A stretch of DNA of 64,000 nucleotides from Schmidtea polychroa (taxonomy: Eukaryota): contig CM097885.1 in assembly GCA_044892525.1 (NCBI GenBank), positions 139,934,001 through 139,998,000 of the forward strand, in the 5' to 3' direction. The first letter of the stretch is position 1, and each line of letters begins with the position of its first letter. Below the pieces are notes generated by a model. That model saw only the letters and a list, made by a program, of their open reading frames with translations, did no database searches and was not told the origin of the DNA. The position numbers and the translations under genes were made by a program. Below, in pieces: positions 11,983-23,900 of the stretch.

Positions 11983-14900
11983 TTGATTCGTGTAAGCAAA
12001 GGCAACACGATATCATATTTTCATTGTAGACATCCATCCAACCAAGTCAATTCAGAACCAGCTCAAGAGGAATCCAGAGAATATACAAACAACCCAGGAA
12101 AAGCAATTCAGAACCCGCACAAAGGAAGACAATATCAAAACCGAACTCGACCAATTCAGCAGACGCTAACCGTAGAAAATCCACGTGAAAAGACAGAAAA
12201 GAGTAAAAGGAAAATCACGGATAAACCCAACCTTAGATCTTCAAGTAAGCCAGGAGACGTATTATTTTCAGGAGACGAATTAGATCAACTCAAAAGAGGA
12301 CGATCATTTAGGCAGCAGAGAGGAATATCACAAGGAGCAAAAAGACCCCACAAAACACCGATATACGATCAAGAAAACCCCACAGCCGGACATACGCCCA
12401 GCCGATCTAGAAGTAGAGAAAGTCTATCCGATATAACAAACAACCTAACCGGGTCAACAGAAGAATTATCCGTCCATAGCTTAGCCACATCGCTGGAAAA
12501 TTTAAAAGAAATAATAGAGTTTCAAGAACCAATCAAGATGAATGTGGTAAAAACCGACGAGTATAAGGAAAAATTTAGAGGCGAACCATTCAACGGGAAT
12601 GCGAACAAGTTGGCAACGTTCATAACCAATTTTGAAGTCTATATTGATGTGTGTGGATGGACATCCGAAGCAATTAGTAAACGAATGCCTCTGTTTTTGT
12701 GCGATAGCGCACTCGAAGTATATCTGGAAGCAAAAGAAAGAAATACGAAATTAGACAATTGGGAAAACATCAAAACATTTTTGAGAAAAACATTCGGAGC
12801 CAGCAAACCGATAAACCAAGCGTTAGGTGAACTGGCAAGTAGAAAACAAAGAGCAAACGAGTCAATTACGTTATACGCAAGTGAATTGCGAAGATTGGCA
12901 AAGAAGGCCATGAACGGAAACTTGCCGGAGGAAAACTTAATTGGGTACTTCATAGAAGGACTACGCCGAGAAGAGGTAAGGGCCTCGGTGGGATGTCAAA
13001 TGTGTAAAACACTAGAGGAAGCTATAGATTGGGCCACAAGATGCGAACTACACCTCCCAGCACAAATGAACGTCATGCAAGAGGAGGGAAGAATCGCAAC
13101 AGCAACGGTGAAAACGGAAAATGGGGATAACAATAATCATGAACCCAAGATGAATCAGTTTATACCAGGAGCACATCAAATTTTCAAACCACCACAAGGA
13201 CGATCAAACGGGAATAACAGTGAACGCAACAACTCGAACAATGGGAACAACTTTAATAATCGACGAAATATGAACGATAACAAACAATGCCGAACATGCG
13301 GTAAACCAGGACATTGGGATAGAGATTGTTACCGAAACGCAAATTGCAATAGGTGTGGACGACGAGGACACACGGAAAATATATGCCAATCAAGAGGATG
13401 TTTTAACTGCGGGCAACTAGGTCATATCTCAAGAGACTGTCGAGAAAGGAGCCAACAACAACGACCACCACAGCGAAATAATAACTATGCACCAAATCCG
13501 CAACGACAAAGTAATCCTAGTGAGGGAAAGCAAATGAATGTGATGCAAGAAATTTCACAAATGAAGCAGATGATGCAACAAATGATGAGACCGAGACAAG
13601 AGCAAGTACCACAACCAACCCAGAATATACGCATGATGAGAAGCACCGAGAATCTTAACAATTATGAAGTGCAACAACATGCACAAGAATGGCAAAGACT
13701 ACAAGCTGAAGAAGAAAGGATAAAAAGAGAGCGAATTCAGCAGCGACAAGAACAACCACTACGAATAAATATGATGAGGATGGTAAAGGAGATAAAGGAG
13801 CAATATTGCTACAATTACGGTAAAAATCCAAGAGTTGTACCTATGAGCGAACCAGAGAAACTGAAGGAAACAATTACAGCAGCACAAAAGGAAAATTCAA
13901 CAACACCGCTAAAAGGAAATCAGAGAATTCAGAAAATATTTTGGAAAAAGATAAAAGATAAAATCGAAAGAGAAAATGAGCAAACAAAAACAGAAGCAGA
14001 AGCAGAAAATAACGAAAATGAAAAACAGATTAATCATCTAAAGCATAATATGATACGAGAATTAGACTCAGAGGAGCTAACGATACTCGAGAACAACAAG
14101 TTAAAGAAAGTACCAAGAATGAGAAATTTACGAATTAATATGATGAGGACAACAAAGAAGGTGTTGTCAACAGATGACGATGAGGATTATGTGAGTAGCC
14201 TTGGTGGAGAAATGTTACAGTTAAATGAAAATATCGACCAACTGAGAGAAAAGATCGGAGCAGATGAGGATGAAAGAGAAAGCGACGTGACAAGCGAAAG
14301 CGAAGACGAGAATATCGAAATGAAATTGAGAAAAGAAAGAGAAGAAGCGATAAAACAAGTAAAGGAAATACTTCCAGTGGTGGTAAGAAACCAGGAATTC
14401 ATTGACATCATACCATACCGACGCTTCATACAAAAGATAATGAAACTAGAAAGAAACGAAAAAGACCTAATACCAAACGAGGAAAAAGTGATAATAAAGA
14501 AGTATATGGAAAAAATGAAACAAGCGGAGACAACACGCTATGTAATAAAAATCGGAACGAGTAAAGGACTCGAGAGAATATGGATAAAAAATGCAGTCAC
14601 AGACGAGCTTTTTGATTGGATAAGAGAACATTTGGGCAGCTCGAGAAAGAAAGAGTATTTATATCAACATCAAGGAGAACAAATTAAGCCAGACATGCAC
14701 CTAATAGATGCATTGATCTGGCCAGGAGAAACTCAAATATTGAAATTGTATAAAGAGAAACAACCAGCAAATATTCACGAATGGGCTAAAGACGCCAAGG
14801 CCGAGTACGATTTTAACATCAAGCTGAAGCTGGAACAAATAAAACAATGCACCTTGCGACGAAATCTAGATAAATTAATCAAGCAAATCCAAGAACAAGT

Positions 14901-17900
14901 TGAGGATAATTGGGATTTGCTCATAACAAGACGAACTGCAGACATGCATGAGCTACTGAGCCGATTACGAGATACAGAATTGCTCAGGATGAGCGATTGG
15001 AGAACCATAAATTTGATCCACAAATATGGAAGGTTGAAAGAAACGCAACCGCAGAAATTAGAAATAACCATATGGTTACCAAACGAGGAGAAACGACGAA
15101 TAAAGATGAGTAATCAGAGTACGGTGGATGACTTAGTAACCAAGATAAACCAAGAGATAACGGAAAAAGTACAAAGCGAGAGTAGCGACGGGATGATAGA
15201 TGACGTAGTCATGATGTACGATAAAATAATATTACGGGCCGAGGACGACACCTCGCTAAGCGAAATGGGAATGTGGGATAATCATCAAATCATCAGAATA
15301 TTGCCCATGGACGAATTCCGAACAAGAGATATAACATACCAGAAAGAAATACGAGACAGGATGAAAACGCTATATCAAAAATCAGTAGAGATAATTGAAA
15401 TTCATCAACAGTGGCTAAAAGAAAAAGGGCTTCAAGGAAAAATAAAGAAACTAAGTGTTAGATCTTGCAGACGAACCCCATGGGAAAGGACGTGGAATGC
15501 GGAAAACAAAGAATGGGAAATCAGGAAAGGGATTTTCGTGGAAACAGACATTGGCGAGATAGAAAGCGAATCAGAAGAAGAGGAAGATGAACCTCCAAAA
15601 TACGAAGAGGACGAAATAGAATCGACATCGGACGACGAAAGCGAAACGGATGTTACATCAGAAAGTGAAACGGAAACCAGACATATTCATGCGATGAGAA
15701 AGAAAGAACGCGAATATGCCGATATGGACAGCGAAGAAGCGATGGAAGCTCGAGAACGAGAAGAGAAGGAAAGATATAAACAATTAGGTGATATCTTAGC
15801 AACGGGAACAAAAAATCAAAAACGTCAAGTAATAGCATTGGCTAACATCATCCTAAAGACATCAGAGAATATCCACAATCTAAGAGAAATGGCGAAAGCG
15901 ATTGAGGAATACAGACAATATAACGAATGGTACCCAGAACAGCTAGAACAAATTATTAGGAAATGGAGAAACCAAGAATGGGCACAAGATACCCAGGAAA
16001 GGTATCGTATCCGAGTCAAGTATCCCGACAAAAGCATTGAGGATACAGAAGTACATCCAACAACAAAGATCAGAGAGTTAAAAAAGAAATTAGCATACGA
16101 AACTCCATTTCACCTACAACTATTCGGAAAATCTCTGGATGATAATGCAGATGTCGGAATAACACCCATGAGATTGGGGGAGATCAATGTATTGACAATG
16201 GCAGAAACATTGGGAAAACCGATTAAAAGGAAGAACAAATCCAGTAAACCTACGAAAGGTAGCTTGAGTACACCAAGCCCTAACAAAGTGGCAAGTAAAA
16301 CGAATGAAACCGAGGAAATCGAGGAAATTATATTGGAAGACAGCGATGAAGGAGCTGGAGAAAGATCACCAATTCTGGTAAGATGGCCGACAGGAGCCGA
16401 AATATGGACAACAAGCCAACCGTCAACTAGCTATCAGCAGCCAAATAAGCTGAGTATCGAGGAAATTATCGATAATACAACAGAAACCGAAACCGACGAA
16501 CAATTCCAACGACAGAAAGGACTAACGAAAGCAACACCAGAAGGTCAAACGGACAAAATAATAGACGAATGGAACGAATGGCTGAGAAACAACGATAGCT
16601 CATTGCCAAGAACGGATAACGAGAGGAACCCGAATTATGAAAATACAAGGGAAGCCGGAACAATGATGGAAAAACGGGCAAAAGGGAGACCCAAGAAGCA
16701 AGGAGAAAAACCGGAATTTAAAACTAGAGAACAACTGAAACAAGAACAAGGACAAGTCAGATTAGAGAAACTAGATAAAATAGTGTGGGATCTAAAAGAG
16801 GCCCAGCCAACTATCGAAAGAGGCGAAAAATGGATACGAGAGCTAGTAAAAGATATGCTAATAATAACGAACCCACAATTGCGACGGTTATGGCAACGAA
16901 AAGTAGCAAGCGTAGACGCCAGACAACTATGGAATACAATATCCGGAATAATTCCGAAATTAATCAAAGAGAAGACAAAAACCACTAAAACCGATTGGGA
17001 AGAGACAAGAAGAGTAATTGAACAATTAACTTTAAACGCAAACGACGACGAACATCATTTAGTAGTGTTAACGTATCTAATGTACAATTTGATGGGATTA
17101 GCAGCAAGGAAAATACCTAACAAACAATTCGCAAATCATGTAGAAATGACCGTCACAATCATTGAAAATACAATCGAACCACATATCATCCGCGCCGGTG
17201 GGTGGAAAAGACTCATACAAGCGCCACGAAAAAACGAGCAAGAGAGATCAATGCAAATTCGGTTGAAGAAGTTACTAAATGAGCTAGAATGGGAATTGCC
17301 ATTGAAAGACCCAGCCAGCAGAAAAGCGTCGATTAATTCACTAATGATGACCATGATGATATGGATGCTCTGCACCAGTGGAGCCGCGGGATTTACTATT
17401 TACGACTGTGACAATTCGATAATAGGAGAAAGATACTCCCTGAGAGATATAGAGGAATGTAGACAGGCGTCTCCGAATAAATTAGATATAGTAAAAAAGA
17501 AAGTCTCCTATCACGTATACCAAGAATCAGATTTCATTAGAACGCAAGCTAGAGAATGCGTAGTATCGAAGAAAGTGTTGGCATATTACTGTGGACAATA
17601 CTCATATTCAACCCTCATATTACCTGGATTAGATAAAGAAATAGTACCTATACAACGGGAAGACTGTAAAGAGCTTTTTAGAACCGGAGCGATGAGAATC
17701 AGGGATGGAGTAACAATACACGGACAAAGCGGAATGATCAAGACAGAAAGTATCTATGTCGCCGGACGAGTAAAATCAACTGATGGATCATGTAACGGAG
17801 GCACATATACGATCAGAGGAGAGGTGATATCAGGAGTAGTAGTAATTGAGTCCTACACAGTGGAGTTGAAGGAATACGAAGCACAATTCGACGCAAACAA

Positions 17901-20900
17901 CTATCAAATGAAAACCAACCCAGCATGCAGAGCTACGGAAAACGTGTGTAGAACGGGAATTTCGACTATAATATATGAAGCTAACACCCAAAAATGCCGA
18001 CTCCAATTGTTAAAAAGTGCTCTATTCAATGAAGTAAAAGGAGAAATTTACGAAAACGAGGATGACGATGAAGAGAATGGAAACGTAAGGATGCGAAATG
18101 GGAAACCAGTTCCGCCATCCCCCAAAGAAAAGAGACTCACAACCCAAAAAACACCAACGGCATTAATTACAGATGACCCAGATATCGGCATGAGATTCAT
18201 TAGAGAAAAAGAGACCACCAAATGTGACAGCATAGTATACCGGACGAACTACGCAGGTATCTACATGTCAAGGCAAGTAATAGACCGAGCAGTGGGAAAG
18301 GTAGCAACAGAGGACGTAAAATTGTACCTGTACGCCAATAACAAAATGGACTTTTTATTTCACCGAGGACAAACGACAATGCAAAAAGTGTATTACGATC
18401 TTATACAAAATGACTGTTCATTGAATAAAGAGATACTAAAAACAAAATTAGCCATCGCAATAACACACCCAGATAACACAATGCCATCACTCCCGTTACC
18501 GGATGGACATTTTGGTAGAATGGTGGGAGAGGTAATGTATACATATGCATGTACCAAGACATTTGCGCGACTGCCAAGAAAGCCCACAATCCCACCAGGG
18601 AAATGTGCAAACGAGTTAGAAATTAGTTACAAGGGGCGAAACAGATTCGTTCAACCCGTCACTAGGATAATGAACCCAATTGGATTTTACCCGAACACCT
18701 TTAACTGTTCAAATGCATACGGACCGTTATATGAAAAACCCGATGGGAAATGGATAATGTTACCAGTAAAAACCGAAGTACAAGAGCCTAAAAAGTTTGG
18801 ACTAATAGAACTCGCAACAGAACAAGATTTCAAACCAATTGATGTGTCAAAAGCAGGTATGTACTCACCAGAGGATTTAGAAACGGCACGATTAAACGTA
18901 TTATTCCCAGCAAGACGGGAATCCATTCTATCGAATATGGTTACCATAACTGGGGGAACGAATTTCCAGTCAGGCCCCAATTACGAACTATTATTGTCAC
19001 CTGATCATTTTCAACAAGCCACGTCAAACATGATGAAAGCAATGTGGGGAAGATTTCTAGTATTCGGTCAAATGATGGCGGGAATATTGGGAATCATTCT
19101 TATTATCCAGATTGTCAGAGTAATATTAACTCAAATGTTAGCGTGTTTTGATATCTATAAGAGAGAAAAGAAGGTAAATTGGAAATTGATAGTAGGCTTT
19201 CTACCATTTTTGGCAAAAACAATGGTGTTGCACGGTCATTCTAAGGACATACACAGAATAAAACGATTGATCAAAATACTGACAAAAATAAAAGGAACTG
19301 ACGAGGAAGTCGGTAGACGATTTCGGAAAACAATGTATGATGAAGCAACAAGGACGCAACTGAAAAAGAACAAACCAAAATTCTTAGACAGATTTAGGAA
19401 TCGATCAAACAGCAGCGATAGTGATGATGACGACAACGGGAATGACAAATACCCATATCCAAGTAGAAACCCGAATGAAAAGCCAATAGAAACAGCACCA
19501 TATTGGGAGAAAGAAAAAACAAATACCTGGATAGCCAACGGAAGTTATATACCACCAGATATCGTTGGACAACAAACAGCTTTGACCATGACACAAAATA
19601 TGTATCCACAGTTACCAAGTCAACCAGGGATGAACTATATGCCGACCCGAAGAACGAAAAGTGTAGACCAAGCGGACGACGTAAGAACGATAGCAGTAAT
19701 GAGTTCACCAGGAGGTGCGGCAGTAACAGTCATGATCCAAATCAACGGGAAAGAGACAAGCGCAATGATAGATACCGGAGCAAACGTATCAGCAATAGCA
19801 ATAAACCAAATACCCAGTAAATGTTGGAAAGATATCGAACAAACAACTATCCATATTATTGCATGCAGTAAAGAAACCGTAGACGTAGTAGGAAGATGGT
19901 GGACTACGTTACGATATCAGGATAACGAAATTGAAACGTATCTAGCGGTGATACCCAAACTGAGTGAACCATGTATAATCGGAACGGATTTAATGCCGGA
20001 ATTGTTTAAGGAGGTAGTAATCGATTTAACAACAATGTGTCTAAAAGACAAAATGGGTAGAATATGCAAGATGAACGCAATAATTAGATGTCCGGAGAAA
20101 ATAATTGTACCCGCAAAATCACAGATGATATGTCAAATAAAAGTGGATGCAGGAATGGAAGGAGAAGTCATTTTTGAGCCAAGCAAATCATTCGAAAAAC
20201 GACGAGAATTACCATTAGCAAGAGAAATAATAACAATAAATGAAGACGGGGAAATACCAATTAACATCACAAATTTCGAGGAAGAAGACAAGATCATATA
20301 TGAAAATGAAAGATTGGGTAGATTGACACCCATGATAGACATCGAATTACCAAAAATCATCAACGAAACAACGAAAGCTGACGAATTATGGATAATTGAT
20401 AGCACCTTGCTAACGGAAAAAGAGAAGGAAAGACTTCAACAATTATTGATAGAATATAAAGATATATTCGCAATTTCGGATTTAGATTTGGGAGCATGCG
20501 ATGTTACATTACACGCAATACCATTAATAGACGAAACGCCAATCGCACTACGTCCATACAAACTAGCAGAGAAGCAAAAAGAGATAGCCGAAGTCGAAGT
20601 ACAAAAAATGCTAGATGCACAAGTGATCGAACCAAGTTGTTCGCCATGGCAATTTCCAGTAGTCATGGTGAAGAAAAAAGACGGTACTCAGAGATTCTGT
20701 ATCGATTATCGGAAATTAAATGCAGTAACAAAAAGAGACACATACCCGTTACCAGACATCAATGAGATGTTACTTATGTTACAGGGGGCCGCATATTTTA
20801 CATCTTTAGATCTAAAAAGTGGATATTGGCAGATCAAAGTCAAGGAGGAAGACAAAGAGAAAACAGCATTCACACTGGGCCGAGATCTATACCAATTCAG

Positions 20901-23900
20901 GAAAATGCCGTTCGGACTGACCAATGCCCCAGCATCATTCCAGAGATGTATGAATTTTGTCACACACGGGATCAAGCAGTGTATGGTATATATTGATGAT
21001 TTATTAATATATTCAGCAACATTCGAACAACATTTGGAAGATATCAGAAACGTGTTCGTTCGATTACGACAATGGAAACTGAAACTTAAACCATCCAAAT
21101 GTGATTGGGCAAAAGAAAAGGTTACGTTCTTAGGACACATAGTGTCAGCAAAAGGCAAAGAACCAGATCCAAGAAACATAGAAAAAATAAAAACATGTCC
21201 AGCACCAAAAACTGTCACCCAAGTTCAAGAATTTCTCGGATTATGCGGATATTATCGAAAATTCATCAAAAACTATGCAGGTATTGCGAAACCAATACAG
21301 GAATTAGTGAAAAAGGATATTTCATTTATTTGGGGTGCAGAACAACAAAAAGCGTTTGAAACATTGCGCGATAAATTAATCGAAGCCCCAATACTAGTAC
21401 ATCCTGATTTCAAGAAACCATTCCTATTAGCAACAGATGCAAGTGGATATGCAGCCGGAGCAATATTGGGACAACTCGACGAAGAAGGAAAAGAAAGAGT
21501 GATTGGATACTACAGTAGAACGTTTAAAAAACACGAGAAAAACTATTCCGTAACCGAGAGAGAAGCGTTAGCAATCATACAAGCAATTAAACACTTTCGA
21601 TATTTGTTATGGGGACACGAAATATGTATCACCACGGATCACCAACCATTAGTATGGCTTGGTCAACACAAAGAAGCTTCAAGTAGATTGATGCGATGGG
21701 CAATGCAGTTACAAGAATATTCACCGTTCATAAAATTCAAAGCGGGAAGAGCGAATGCCAATGCGGATTGTATGTCCAGATTTATCTTTCCAGATTTAGT
21801 AGATCACGAAATGCAACGAATATGTCTGATGGTAGCAGAAGATTTAGATTTTTGCCAATTACGGAAAGACCAACAAGAGGATACAGAGTTGAAGCAAATC
21901 ATTGAATATGTGAAAACAGGGAAAGCAGAGGTATATGAGAAAGATCAAAAATTGAAGGAGCATATGGATAAACATCGACATCGATATATTATCGAGAAAG
22001 ATTGGTTATTGATAATGGATGGCGAGAAAAGACTGATGTGCATTCCCGAGAATAGACGTAAAGATCTACTAACACAATACCATGACGGAAGACTCGGAGG
22101 ACATATGTCATCTAAAAAGACGTTGGCACGAATGAAACAAAAATATTTTTGGCCTACATTGACCGAGGATGTAGCGGAATGGGTGAAAAATTGCATAACT
22201 TGCGCAACCAGAAAAAACACGGGAACAAAATGGAAGGCACCATTAAAGCCTATGCCAGTGCCAGCAGAACCAATGACAATGATATCAATGGACGTAGTCG
22301 GTCCACTACCAGAATCAGATAGAGGAAATATATATATATTGGTAATCACAGATTATTTGACAAAATTCCCCGAAGCATTCGCAACGGCAGATCAGAAAGC
22401 AAGAACAATCGCAAAAATATTAGTAGAGGAAATATGTTGTCGATATGGAACGCCGAAACAAATACTGACGGATCAAGGAACGAATTTCATGAGCGAAATA
22501 ATGAGCGAAGTCACCAACTACTTCAAGATCGCAAAATTAAGAACATCACCGTACCATCCACAAACTAATGGTATGACAGAAAGATTCAATGGAACACTGA
22601 TTCAAATGTTATCAAATTATGTCGATCGTCATCAACGAGACTGGGATGAATATATAAAATTATGTCTAATGGCTTACAGAATGTCGATTCACGCGTCCAC
22701 AAAGATGAGTCCGTTCAAGTTGATGTACGGCAGAGAATGCAATATGCCAATGGATTTAGAATATCAGCCACCGATATCACAATACATGGAAATAGACGAT
22801 TATGTAACCAAGTTCAAGGAAAGAATGCAGGAAATCTGGGAAACCGCAGGATTGAATATAAAATTTTATCAAGAAAGTTACAAAGAGTTACATGATAGAA
22901 AGAAAAACGTCAAACAGCATACGTTTCAAACAGGCGAATGGGTGATGATTGAAACACCAGAATTAATTCCAGGAACCACCAAAAAATTACAACGAAACGG
23001 TAAAGGGCCGTATGAGATTCTATTCGTCGGAGAAACTAATGTAAGAGTACGATTAGTGAACAACCCTTTTACAAGACCAATATACGTAAATGTTGCACGA
23101 TGTAAGCCAATTCCGAAAACCGCCACCAGTCAGCCAGAAGGACGTACACTAACGACAAGATCACAAACGTATAGAATAAACATGTTACAGCAAATAAACG
23201 AACCAACAGGTAATCGATTAGGGTTACAACCATCAGAAGCCGAGAAAATCATAAAGGAAGTAAAAGTTAAAATGCCCGGATGGGCAGAAGACAGATTAGA
23301 TTTTGAGATATTGGGAGGTCTGCTAACAATGATCGAAAATTATGCAAACCGAGAAAGAACACACCCATTGCTCAGGGTAGTTAAAAGTCAATGGCCTATA
23401 TTATTCACGATCACAGACCATTACGGAGACACACCCCTGCACAAGCTTTTAAAGGTGGGTAGTAACGAACAGATATTAGAAACAATTGAAGCATTTCGCG
23501 ATTGTAACATTTCGACAGATCAAGAAAACAACCAAGGTTACACTCCACTAATGATAGCAGCCAATCGGGATAAAGCTAAAGATATTATCATCGCATTACT
23601 TGAAACTGGGTCAAAGATAACCACACAAGATCACAACCAGGAAAATGCATTACATCATGCAATCGAAGGGAAAAGTACGGAAGCCTTCATAATCTTAGTA
23701 GATCTATTATCGTACGAGGATAATAGAGAGATAGGAAACATGTATGACGGGCTATTAACTGCAATCAAAGAGAAATTAACAACAATTGCTGGAATACTAA
23801 TTGCATGGAGGAACCCGATAAAAAACGATTATATGGTAGATATAAACGAAACATTTACCAAAGGAGAAAACACCTTGATGAGAGAAGCGATGAGAGGACA

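Noticed and set aside
14780-15040. Death-effector/CARD-like look of the helical segment between Ubl1 and Ubl2 (TADMHELLSRLRDTELL)
   Set aside because: The resemblance is too weak to call by eye; it needs structure prediction.
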